Position numbers and translations under genes: made by a program
Notes under the pieces: generated by a model
Told to the model about the DNA's origin: nothing
What the model saw: only the letters and a program-made list of their open reading frames with translations
Databases searched by the model: none
NCBI GenBank assembly: GCA_045633705.1
Contig: JAZQYV010000012.1
Coordinates: 82,057 to 146,056 of the forward strand
Direction: 5' to 3'
Source: Candidatus Onthoplasma sp.
GTDB taxonomy: Bacteria > Bacillota > Clostridia > Christensenellales > UBA1242
DNA: 64,000 nucleotides
Shown: piece after piece, positions 18,782 to 32,200 of the stretch
Layout: each line of letters begins with the position of its first letter
Position numbering within the stretch: position 1 is the stretch's first letter

Positions 18782-19750
18782 TTATTCAAATTCGTGTTTG
18801 TTTTCTCTGGCAAACAAATGTTTCAAAATTTCTTCCGGAGTGGATATGTGGTTAAGAATATTGTAAATTGCTTGGGTTATAGGAAGATCTATATTAAGTT
18901 CTTTACCCATCTTTAGCATTGCGCTTGTGGTTGCTACACCCTCGGCTAATTTTGTAAATGGCTCGCCCTTAACAAACATTTCTCCAAATTTTCTATTGTG
19001 GCTATGTGGTGAGAATAATGTTGCTTCATAGTCTCCCAAATGGCATAGTCCATATGCGGAAAGTTCTTTACCGCCCTTAGCTTTTATTAATTTTGAAACT
19101 TCATGTGCCCCACGAGCCATTAAAGCTCCTTTTAAAACTGAATAGCCAAGACCGTCAAGCATGCCGGCTCCTATTCCCATTACGTTTTTCGCGCCGGCGC
19201 CAATTTCGCTTCCAATTATGTCATCTCCCTTATAGAATCTGATTAAATCGCTTGCAAAATTTTCAACTAAATAGTCGATTAGCTGAGGGTTGTGGCTGTC
19301 AATAATCATACAATTTGGAACGTGACGAGTAAATTCTTGTATGTGACCAGGGCCCACCCAAACCGCAATTTTGTTTTTATCAACACCGCTTTCGGTTAAA
19401 ACCTCGCTTAATCTTTTACCAGTACTGTCTTCAATACCTTTCATGCACAATATAAAGGTTTTATCTTTATAAGATGGAATTTTATTAACGTGACTCATAA
19501 GGTCACGAACTCCTTGGGCGCTGATTGAAATAATGATTGTGTCCGCATGATTTAATGCCTTATTTAAATCGTGGGTAAGTTGTATTGATTCTGGGAATTC
19601 CACATAATCATTTTTTCTAGTTTTAATTAAGTTGTCTAACAGTGGGTCATTTTCGCGTCCCCAAACCATTACGTTATTTTTTTTAATACTATTCATGTAC
19701 CATGCAATAAATGAGCCCCATCGGCCGCAGCCTAAAAGTGTAATATTCAT
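18782..19750 (-). CDS. gpsA: NAD(P)H-dependent glycerol-3-phosphate dehydrogenase-like protein
   Basis: 322 aa; N-terminal Rossmann LLGCGRWGS and GpsA-like GAGAKNVMGIGAGMLDGLGY. Perfect SD TAGGAGGA. Confidence 0.8.
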   Translation of the reverse strand: MNITLLGCGRWGSFIAWYMNSIKKNNVMVWGRENDPLLDNLIKTRKNDYVEFPESIQLTHDLNKALNHADTIIISISAQGVRDLMSHVNKIPSYKDKTFILCMKGIEDSTGKRLSEVLTESGVDKNKIAVWVGPGHIQEFTRHVPNCMIIDSHNPQLIDYLVENFASDLIRFYKGDDIIGSEIGAGAKNVMGIGAGMLDGLGYSVLKGALMARGAHEVSKLIKAKGGKELSAYGLCHLGDYEATLFSPHSHNRKFGEMFVKGEPFTKLAEGVATTSAMLKMGKELNIDLPITQAIYNILNHISTPEEILKHLFARENKHEFE

Positions 19751-20094
19751 AAAATCCTCCTAAAAATTGTTTGTAATTTAATATTAAATATTTTATAAAA
19801 TTTTGTCAATTAATTTTATAAGAATTTTAAATAATTATTTTTTAGATAAATATACAAAAAATAAAATAAATTAAAAGAAATATTTTGCAAAATGCAAATT
19901 ATTTAATTTTTTATAAAAAATAATGATAAATTGCAAAAAGTCTATAAAATGCATAATTTTGCACAAAAACAGTAATAAAAATAGATTTTAATTTGTTTTT
20001 ATACGATTAAAACCGGCACGTGTTTTGTGAAAAATGTGCGCAGTTTTTAAAACAAAAAATGTTAAATTTTATACTAAAAAAAAGTGTTAATTGT

Positions 20095-20124
20095 TTGACT
20101 AAAATTGTCGAGTTTTGTTATAAT
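20095..20124 (+). promoter_or_regulatory. promoter candidate for the giant gene (extended -10)
   Basis: TTGACT 20095-20100, 18-bp spacer, TGtTATAAT ending at 20124. Confidence 0.6.
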
Positions 20125-20246
20125 ATAATTATATAAATATATAATTACTGACTTAAAGTATAAAAGTTAAGTAATCAAGCATTTATGTTTGATAAGGAAC
20201 TCTAGCAAGAGTGACAAAACCTAAAAATATCATTAAGGAGAAAATT

Positions 20247-23200
20247 ATGAAGTTGAAGAAAATTTTACTTCCAATATTTGTAGGGGTGGCAATTCTATCG
20301 TCAGCCCTTGTTGCCGTTGTGGCGGGTATTGCGATAAAGGAGAATAGGCAATCTCAGAAAGTAAGTGCTAATATTGAGGGTACTGACACTCCTGGCGCAT
20401 TTAATTTTGTGGTAATGACTATCGAAGGCGAAAATATTGCAGAGGGAGAGACTAAAACCTATTCTTGCACAGTTGGAGATAAAATTGAATACACCATATA
20501 TTATGAGGACATCGAGAGTCAATATTCTTATTCTCCGGGTACTGGCGAGGATGATGTTATGGCTTCGGTCGAAGTTGAGTATAGTAATTCGAACATTGTT
20601 GCGGATTATGGGGAATACTACCTAATTAAAGCAGCGGGCTCTTGTACAATAGAAGTATGTGCTATTGCTGAGGACAGCACTTTGTTGGCAACGATTAACA
20701 TTACGGCGGAAGAGTCTGAAGAGTCTGAAGATGGCGGGAACCCATATTTTTGGATTGAGGACTCCACCATCTATGCTGGGGAGTATCTTGATGCTTTTAT
20801 TTCGTGGGGTGCTGCGAATGATGATGGGTATCAGTATATAGAATTTTATTCTTCCGATACATCGTGTGTTGAACTTAGCCCAGGTTATAATAATGAGCTT
20901 AGTAGGGATTTTCAATATTTTGTGAATGGGTTAAAATTTGGTTCTGCGGATATAGTATTGAGAGGTAGAAGAACTTCATCAGGTTCCTGGACAACACTGG
21001 CAAGCGTAACGGTTACGGTTAAAGGACATGATCCGCTTGAGTTGGTAACAGCGGCAGAGGATAAAGGTGCTATATACTTTAATAGATTATATCACGGAAG
21101 TTCATATAATTATGAAATGCCTGACAAAAATGTTTTTGGAATCACAAATAAAACTGGATTAAATATTAAATATAGGCTTCGTAGAACCAGTATGAGAACT
21201 GGTATGAGAACCTTAGTGGGGCAATACGAGTCGTCTGCTAGAAAAACAACAGTACAATCAGTTGGAGCAGGTGTGTATAGGTTAGAATACCAGATAGAAG
21301 GTGGCGTTTATGATGACATTATTTATCAAGATTCCCCATGGATTAGATTTGAATTGGAAACAACCATTCTATTGGGTGATCCAGATGAACATGTTTCGGT
21401 AAGGGAGATAAATTCAACGTATGATGGTGAGGAGCATCAATTAATTGAGTGTGGATACAACGAAACGGATGGCGTTGTGAGATTTATACGTGAAGAAGAT
21501 TTTAATTATATAGACAATCATTCTGGGCCTTGGAGTGTGCTACCATTTTTTGAAACCGAAGCCCACACTTATGGACTATATTGGAAGCTTGATGGGGGCG
21601 AAAATTATAATGATATTTCTCCTCGGTATTTACAGGCTACAATATCTCCAGCCATGGCGAGTGTGGCTGCATCATGTGAAGCATCAATCCAATTGAAAAA
21701 GGGCGAATCGCTTGATGTTGAGATTAGTTCGGTTGGTGCGACTTTGGTAGACTGGTATTCGACTTATTTTGCAGCTGCGGAGTGTGTTATAAATTCTACA
21801 AATTCAGTAACGATTAAAGCTGGAGATGATGCTGGAACTGCGACAGTTAGATTGATTTTTGAATGGGAAAGTTCTAATTACAGTGCTGGATGTAATAATG
21901 TGCCTTGGGAAGAATACGAGCCTTATAACATACAATACTCATATTGTTATAATATACAGGTTACCGTTGTAGATGATGCCCCAGCAAATATTTCGTTATA
22001 CAAGATAGAAGATGGGGTAACTACGAGTATAAGTGGCGGAGATACGTTAAATTTGATGTATGGTAAATCTATAATAATTGGAATGACTGCAACAACGTCT
22101 AATGGTAACGCTATAGAAACTTCTTATATGAGTTCGGTAAAGGATAATTCAAAATATTTAACATTGGTTGATTCAACTTCTGCTAACAAGTTTGAAACAT
22201 CTATAGCTTGTATTAAAGTAAGCCGTAACTCTTTAGTTGTTTATTTTAATATTGCGGCTAAAAACGGAGAGTGGAGAGCAACTAGTTCATATGTGTTCAT
22301 AGAAACAATTAAGGCCGGAGGTGTTGAGGGTGGCACTGGAGGTGTGGCTGACCCTGTTGTTATAAGTATTGCAAACATTCCTGTTAATGGAATACCGGTT
22401 GGAACAAGTCTTGTCATAAATTATGAAGCAACTGGATTGGTTAACGGAGATACGGTTGATAGTATTGGAGTAAGCCACACAATTGTGGATAGTAAAGGAA
22501 AAGACGTTACAGGAACAAGTATCAGTAAATTAAACCCTGGAGTATATACAGTAACACCGGTTGCTGTTAGCAATAATTATAATTTCACTTTACAGGCTTC
22601 AACGTTAAGTATTTACCCACCAGATACTGCGGTTTTGGTTACTGGATTTGATTTGATATACACTGGCGGAAACCAAACCTTGGTAGAAGCTAGAGTGTTT
22701 AATGGGGAAAATCGCGATATATATTATTCGGTTGGAACTGAATTAAATTCAACTAATTATTCTACAGCCGGCAGCACTTCAACACCAAAGAAAACTGACG
22801 CGGGGATATATACTGTATTCTATTATATACCTGCGGTAGATGACCGTGAAGAATTTACAGGAAGTGTAACTGTTGAAATTAAGAGAGCTGATAATAGCCT
22901 TGAAATTGATACGCCAGACTTATATATTACTGGTTCGGCACAAGAATTGTTAACAATAAGACCTAAAAATGGAACTGTTTATTACAAAACCATGCAAAAC
23001 GCTACTTATAACAGCTCAGAGGCATTAAATAAAGACAATTATTCTAGCGAAGGTAGTACGGTAAAACCTACCGGTACTGAGGCTGGTACATACATTGTGT
23101 ACTATTATGTAAAAAGTAGTAACTATACAGATATTGCTGGTTGGATGTACATTACAATTAAGTCAAATGTATTTGAAAATCCAGCATTGGATATTTCTTG

Positions 23201-26200
23201 GTATGATACGGTAGATGGGGCAACTGGGCAGGCAGGAAGTGATAGTAAATTAAACTTTGCTGAAACAGCGTATGTAACCCCTATCAACATGCCAGGAGCG
23301 TCATTTGCTTACCAATGGTATTATACTGATAAGATTATAAGCGATGGAGCAGTTGTAAATTCTTTAGACAGACTAGATGGAACTGCAATAGATGGTGCAA
23401 CCTTAGCAAGATGGCTAGTTTCTGGAGAAGTGCAAGGTAAATATATTTATGCTGTGGCAGTTGTGACAAAAGCTGGATTCCATGCTATTATTGTTCATTC
23501 GCCAACAATTGGTCCTGTGAACTCAGTAGAGTATAAGATAACACTTACTCATGCGGACGGAACAAATATCAAATATATCGAAGACGGAACAAACCTCGAT
23601 TATCAATACAAGAGAGCTCCAGAAAAGTGGGAAGCTTCAATTAAATCACATGCAACAGTTGTGGAAGATTATTCAATATTGAGTGTGGATATAGAGGTTA
23701 GCCAAGGAAGCTTTATACCAACTATGACGATAAGTCAAAATGTTTTAACAATACAAGACTTAAATCATGAAAATTTAGATGCTGGAACTATTGTAACAAT
23801 AACCATTACATGTTTGGCAAAAGATGGCTATGCTAGTACAAGTATGACATTTACTATTGCTATTAAAGAATTGGGCAAGATGGAAATTGATATTCAACCA
23901 ATTACATTGTACTATGGAGAAACTGCAACACTTGTGTTTACAATGAAGGATGCGGAAGAAAATACAATAACGGCACAGGGTTATCAAACATCTCTTGACA
24001 ATAATGGCAAAACTGTTATAGTAGAAAACAATTCGTCAATGTATGTAACAATACAACAGAAAAGTTCAACAAATCCTTTTGAGTGGCAATTTTATGCCAT
24101 AAATATGCCTAAAGATGAAGTGGCAACCACGGTGGTATTTACCTTCCCTGGATACACTGAAGCTTATGACGATGTAACCATCAGTATTCTTATAGTTAAC
24201 TCTCAAGATGATTCTCAAGACACTAAAATCAAAATATTGCAAAGAGACCTTACAATTACTTCATGTGATGCTTCTAAAGATTACGATGGAACTCCGTTAA
24301 CATGTAATAGATATACTGTATCGTGGATTAAGGTTGGCGGACTTGCAAGTATTGATGGCGTTTCGGATATGTTAAACGTAACCATTACAGGTTCTCAAAC
24401 CGAATGTGGAGAATCGCCAAACACAATCAGCAGTATAAAGGTTACGCGACCTGATGGAGAAGATGTTACACACGCTTATTCGATAGTTGGGGCAAAAGAA
24501 GGGAAGCTAACTGTTAATAAAGCTAAGAATATACTAACAATCGAAAGCTCGTCGGATTTAGTATGTACAGGCAATCCTCAAGATTTATTAACTAGTGTAG
24601 AGCATATTAACAGCGATGCTGAAGATATTAAGGGGACTCCTCTTGAGAATGGCTTAGAAAAGATTGTATATTATGGATATCAAGAAATAAATTCTAATAA
24701 TTATCTTAATAACAGTATTGCAACAACTGAAATTCCTAAAGGGATACACGCCGGTACCTATAATATATATTTATATGTACCAGAAAGTAAGAACTATATG
24801 GAAATAGGTGGTGTTGTGGTTGTAGAGATTGCCCAAAACCCAACTTTACCTGTTGTGGGAAATGTTACTTTGAGTGATGTCGGTGTGGTAACTTGGACAG
24901 CTCCAACATTTATAACGCTTGGACAATTAAGTATCTCGTACACATATGAGCTAGCAGTGTTTAATGATGCTGATGAGCAAGTAGGCGAAACTATTACAAA
25001 TATAACTGAAACATCTTATGATGCAAGCGACTTAATGCTTCAATATGCTGATACATATTATGTAAAAGTGTGTGCAATCCCAGTAATTAATGGTTGTGCA
25101 GATTTTGATGTTAAATGTGTTGCAAATAGCGAATGGAAAGATTCAAATACTATTACAACATTAGAAGTTACATTTAAGGCTCAAGATGCAACAATTAATG
25201 GTCAACCTGTGGGCTATATAAAGGTCTTAAACGGAAACGAGACAAATGAAATTAAACGTATTGTAATGCCTGGGTGGACATTTAGCAGCTTGGACAATGA
25301 ATTTAAATTTGCGGGTAATCAAGATGACTACAGCTCATTTACATATTCAAATGGTCTTGTTGCACTAGTGTCAATATATCCAGTGGCAGCAATTGTTACA
25401 GGATATACAATCAGCTTTGATTATTGGCAGGCAGACAATAGCACTGCTCCAACGGTAATAACCGCATATTTTGTAGGCAATGCCAACACACTAACACTTA
25501 CAATGAAAGGAAATGCTGAAGATGTTGTGATTCCGGAAAGTGAACATTGGGCTGTTGATGGCACTGATGCAATTAAAACTGTGAATTATCAAGAAACGTA
25601 TGGAGAATTACCAACTCCAACTAGAGCAGGGTATAAATTTGAGGGTTGGTATGGTGGTAAAAATTTATTAAGTGTTAGTGGAAGAACGGTTGCCCAATTA
25701 TCTTCTGGGGGAATGAATACCGAAATAAGACAGTTTGAATTTGACAAATATTATCTTGGTTTAGCATATAATAACTATTATAGAAAAACAAGTATAACGG
25801 ATTATTCTATTAGCAATAATACAATAGTTCAAACAAATGCTTCGGGGTCTACCGGATACGGCATTGGACTACCGGTAAAAGTGAAGCCGAATACAACTTA
25901 TGTAGTATCAGCAAATTGTGAATTAGCTCAAGCGCAGTATACAAGCTCAGGTGAATACATTACCGGCGGAGTAACTTCGAAATTTACAACAGCTGAAAAT
26001 TGTGGAATTGTGGTTATTATTACGTATAATGCGGGTGGACAAACGAAGCAATTTACTAATATGCAATTAGAAGAAGGTGAAACTACTACAAGTTATACTC
26101 CGTATGTCTATACTGATGCTGATGGCAAAATTACCAGCGATAGCATAGTAAAAACTCATTACAATCATACTGTATATGCAAAGTGGACACCTATTACTTA

Positions 26201-29200
26201 TAGTGTAAAATATAATGGCAATGGTGCAACAGCGGGCGGTTCGACAGCAGAAATTATTGATACGAGAACATGGACATATGATGTTGAACAAAATTTGTGG
26301 CCTTGCTATTTTACAAAAACAAACTCAAAATTCTTGGGTTGGTCTAAAACTATAGATGCAACAGCAGCTGAGTATAATACAACCAATCCAGTGAAAAATC
26401 TAACAACAACAAACCTAGAAGTTGTCGTGTTGTATGCTGTGTGGGCTGAAAACACATATGTTGCTAATGTGTATGTTGAAAAAACATCTGGCGATGGATT
26501 TGATGCTCCACAATTGCATAACATTGCTGCCACTGCAGGACGAGTTATTCATGGTGGTAACATAGCTGCTGAAGCAAGCAAGATTACCGGAGTGGCTGTA
26601 GAAAACGGAATAAAATTTGATTACGCAAAATTTGGAAGCAAAAAGATAGGAAATATAAATGCAACACCTGTAAGTGGAGTGACATTTGAAACAAATAAAT
26701 ATTATAGTAAGATTGGCGAAGATTATTTCTTGCTAGCAAATGAGCCTACTGATTGGGCAAATCAAACATATTATACTATTTCAAATAACGACAGCACAGA
26801 ATGTTTTGTAGTTGTTAGCGATAGTACGACAATAGATTTCTACTTTATTAGACTTGAGTATAAACTAACTCTTAATGCTGGCGAACAAACAGTCATTACA
26901 ATTGATACAACTGTAACGGCTTATGAAAAAGACAAATATTATACTCTTAACCAGACCACTGGGGAATATAATTTAATTTCAAGCAAACCTCAAGATTGGG
27001 GAACGGAAGGATTTAATGTATATATCATAATTGTTCCAACATTTGCAGCTGAAACTGGTTGGACAAAAGTAAGCAACCAAGCTATTTGGAGGGAATATAA
27101 TTATGGTTTAATATATGGTCAATTGCCACAACCTTCAAAAGCGGGCTACGAATTTAAGGGTTGGAGCACTAATGCTGCAGCAACCGAGGCAGATGCTTCA
27201 ATTACAGCTGATACAACCATGGGAACAAGCGATGTTACGCTATATGCGGTTTGGAGCGCTGTGAAATATATTGTTTCGTTTAATACCGAATACAACAAAG
27301 TTGACACAAGTTTCTTAATATTTAAGGCGGATACATATTACACATTTGATAGTGCAACTAAGCAATTTGTATTGCTAACATCACAACCAGCTGATTGGGG
27401 AAGTGCTACCTATTATATTAAAGAGGAATTAACCGTTCCAGCTTCAAAAGATGTGGATTATGCCACACCATATGGCGAGTTGCCAACTCCAACACGTCCT
27501 GGATACACTTTTGAATCATGGAATACTTTGCCAGACGGAAAAGGATCAACAATAAAAGATGTTACACTTGTAAGCATTGTTGGAAATCATACTATATATG
27601 CTCAGTGGATAGCTAATATTTATAATGTAACATTTGAAGAATATGGATATGACGAAGAACCTGCAGATGTTAAAGTTGTGTTTGGTAGACCTTATGCTGA
27701 AGCTTATAACGAGGAAAATCCTTTAACCAATAAAGGATTGCCTGAAATTGGAAATACAGGTTACACACTTGTAGGTTGGAGGATTAAGGAAACCGGCCAA
27801 GATATAACCATAATTGATATAAACAATAACATTTATAAAATAGGTGATGATATTGCGGTAGTGTCATATGTTGGCGACCATACATTAATATATTTGTGGG
27901 AAGCAAAAGACGATATCATTGTTACAGCCAATGCGGGAGATGGAACAATGCCAGAAACTGAAGGTTGGACCGGCAGTGGAGCAACAGCAACCAAAGCGGT
28001 GGTATATGGTCAATCATATGGATTATTACCAGAACCAAGTCGTGAAGGTTATACATTTATAACATGGGCAACAATTGATGCAAGCTCCGATGAAGAGGTT
28101 GAAATAGATAGTGATTCATACGTGTTAAATGCTTACAACCATGAGATTTATGCAAAGTGGGAAGCAAACACATATACGGTAACTGCAGATGCTAATGGCG
28201 GAACAATTCCAACAACTGATGGCTGGACAGGCAGTGGAGAAACTGCAACCAAATCAGTAACATATGACCAAGAATACAGCACATTGCCAACACCAACTCG
28301 AGAAGGTTATGAATTTGATGGTTGGTATGGAAAAAACTTATTTAATATTAATAATTTAGTTGAAACTGAAGATATTATAAAAAATCAAGATAAAAGCATA
28401 ACAGTAAAAGCATATCCTAGTAGAACAGCTAGCAAGTTGGGTGAATTATGCCCAGAATTAAAGGCGGGGCAGAGTATCGTATTTTCTTTTGTTACAACAG
28501 GTTATGGTCAGATATATTTGTATAATGTGGAAAGTGGGTTTAACACATATTTTACAAACGGCTACCAACATATTGTTACCGAAGAGATGTTGGGAAGTGT
28601 GGTGTATTTTTATAGGCAAACATCAGCACAAGGTGGTGGAAGTGCAACCATTAAAAACATCCAAATAGAATTAGGCGAAGTTAAAACAAAATATGCTCCT
28701 TATGTTTATGTGGGTAATGATGGAAAAATTAGCAGTGATAGCCTAGTAAAAACTCCTTACGACCATACATTGTTTGCTAAATGGAATGCTAGAACAGATA
28801 TTGTTTTAACAGCTGATGCTAATGGCGGAACAATACCAGTGACTACAGGTTGGAGTCCTGCAGGTTCAACTGAAACAAAAACCAAATCAGTAACGTACAA
28901 CCAAGCATATGGAACATTACCAACCCCAACACGAGATGGATATACATTTAAAGGCTGGTGGACCGGGAATGGCATTAGTTCGTGGGGAGATGAAGTAAAA
29001 GATACAACCGTTGTGACTAACGCTGCAAACCACACTATTTATGCAAAGTGGGATATTAATAATTATGTATTAACTGCAGATGCAAATGGCGGAACAATTC
29101 CAACAACCGATGGTTGGACAGGGACTGGAGCCACTGCAACCAAATCAGTAACATTTGGTGAAAGCTACGGCGCGTTGCCAACACCAGTATTGGAAGGATA

Positions 29201-32200
29201 CAGCTTCTTGGGTTGGTTCACGGAAAAAGATGGCGGAACAGAAGTGAACCATCAAAACAAAATGAGTGCAGCTGATGTAACAATTTATGCTCACTGGGAG
29301 ATTAATGGATATACATTAACATTTGAAGGCAATGGAACTTTAATTGATGGCGAATGTGCAGATATCGAATTTGAAACTGGCGAAACTTGTAAAAAGGTAG
29401 TTACTAAACTTTATAACGAAGTGTATGGTGATCTTCCTAATGTTACAAGAACAGGATACCTATTTAGGGGCTGGAACACACAAGCAGACGGTAATGGCGA
29501 TACTGTTACCAAGGACGATATTATGCCTGCAAACAACGTAACAGTCTACGCTGTGTGGGAAATTAAAAAGGTTACAGTAGTTATCCGCAATTTATCTGGA
29601 ACATCAGATGAAGGTCAAGTTGTCGTAAACGGCAGTACTGTTGCGATTGCAAACTCGAACAATTATGGCTCCAGCGTTGAATATCATTTTAATGACAAGA
29701 TAACCCTAGGCACTATTAATGGAATTTACAATTACAACTTTAAAAAGTGGATACGAGTAACTGATATTAATAATATTAATATGGCAAATGTGGAAGAAAT
29801 TTCTAATACATACTCAATAACCGATGAAGATTGCGGCAACACAACAATTTATTTAGTAGCTTGTTATAAGTATTATATAAAAGTTAGTGCATTAAGCAAT
29901 TATGTTGGTGGCACGACAATAGGTGGAACTGTTAAAGCTTATAATGGAGATACAAACAACATTTCGGCATCATCGCATTACGAGGGTTGGTATCAAAACC
30001 AAACAACAACAACCAATACTATGGTTGCGAGTCCTAAGAATGGATATAAATTTATGGGCTGGTACACAACTTCTCCATACAAAAATTACGAAGAAAACAG
30101 ACTTTCACAAGATATAAGTTATAACTATAATATGTGGCAAGTAAAGATGAATAAAAGTCAACCATCTAACACGAGCTACGGAGACTATAATTATGAATAT
30201 AGTTATATTGAATATTATGCACTATTCTTAAGTGAAACAACACTTACAATTAATCCTAATGAAGGATATGTGTTATTGCCTGCCGAGCCACAAGATTGGA
30301 ATGAGGCGTGGACAAACTATTACAAGTTGGAAAATGGAGAATATGTACAATTGACTTCTATTTCAGCTCCAAAGTTTGCAAATGACACATATTATAGTTT
30401 GACAGCAGTAAGCCTCACGGGTGTTTATAATGAAACATTAATAATACCTGACCCAATTAGAGAAAATTATACATTTACAGGCTGGGGATATGATTCGGCA
30501 AAAGCAACATTCGATGATTCAAACAAGTTATATACTTTTGGAACCAATGATGTTGAGTTTATAGCTCAATACAATATAAATACTCAAAGCCTAACAATTA
30601 ATTACAGCCAAGAACTAAGCAATGCTACTGTTTATAGTGATATTAATATATCAACAACAAATAGCGATTGTACTATTTCATCAACAACAATTAATGTTAA
30701 TGGAAGCTCGGTTGTTAAACATGACTACAACGATAATATAGAGATTTCTATCAACTTTGAGCCATCAACTAATTATAAGGTATATATTGATATTGGTAAT
30801 GATGGTATTATAGATAATGATGAAGAGTTAACAAATCAACCATATGTATGGACACCAAATCAAGACACTGAAATAACTGTGTATCTTGTGCAATATCATT
30901 TAATATACAAGATAAGTATTGAAGAAGGAATTGCAAGCGCTTGGATTGATGTTTATAAAGATGTTACAAATCCAGAAACTATCGTTGAAGGAAATATAAC
31001 ACAAAGTTACTATGTAATAAATGGTTATGATATTGTATTTAATGCAATTGCTTTAGAAGGATATGATAATATTGTATGGGAAGGTGTAAGCTTTACAAGA
31101 GATAATATTGTTGAAAATGTAAACAAACAACATAATAGTATCAAAGTGCACGCAGAACCTATTAAATACATATTAACAGCTGATGCAACTGCAGATGGGC
31201 TATATCCTGATGCAGAAATTGATATAAGTACCCTTCCTAATGGATGGAATGTGTCGCAAGATATGAAAACAGCAACAAAAGAAGTTGCTTATACCAAAGG
31301 GTATGGAATTTTACCAAGCTCTGTTTTGGCAGGTTATGCATTCTCATATTGGACTGATGCAAATGACAATCAAGTAAATAGTATAACTAAAATGATTATT
31401 GGTGGTGCAACCATTTATGCAAACTATTCTGCAAATACTTATAAAGTTAAATACGCAAGCAACAAACCTAGTGGAGCAAGCACTGAAATTGTGGGAAGCA
31501 TGCAAGATGATGAGTTTGTGTATGGTGTAAAACACAACTTAAGTAAAAACGCATACTCCTTGCTAGGCTACACATTCACAGGTTGGGACGAGGTTTCTAG
31601 CGGAATCAATAAATATGCAGATAGAGCGCAAGTTAGCAACCTAACAACTGGTGAAGAAATCATATTATATGCACAATGGCGCAAGAATGTTTATTTTGTT
31701 AAGTATGATAGCAATGGTGGCGAAGGAGAAATGACTCAAACAAGGTGTACTTATGATACATACTTTACTTTAAATCCAAATGCATATACAAAAACAGGAT
31801 ACATATTTGATAGTTGGAATACTGAAATAGATGGTAAAGGAAAATCATATAATGATGAGGAAACATTAATAAATCTTACTGCTGAAGAAAATGCAGAAAT
31901 TATACTATATGCTCAATGGGTGGCAGATAAGTATAAAGTAACAGCTAATGCAAATGGCGGAACAATTCTTTCAACTGAAGGCTGGACCGGTAGCGGAACA
32001 ACTGCAACCAAAATGGTTACTTTTAATTCATATTATGGATTGCTTCCAACTCCGGGAAGAATAGGATACTCATTTATAGGTTGGAACACAGCAGAAGATG
32101 GGACTGGTACTTTAATAACTCAAGAAACTAAAGTTTATTTAGCAGAAAATCATACATTGTATGCACAATGGTCTACAGATGAATATACAGTAACACTTAA

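Noticed and set aside
20104-20119. Exact 16-mer ATTGTCGAGTTTTGTT shared by the giant-gene promoter spacer and the PRC-barrel gene (40906-40921)
   Set aside because: A rough estimate for this A+T content gives several chance 16-mer matches per 64 kb on both strands. There is no extended similarity around it.
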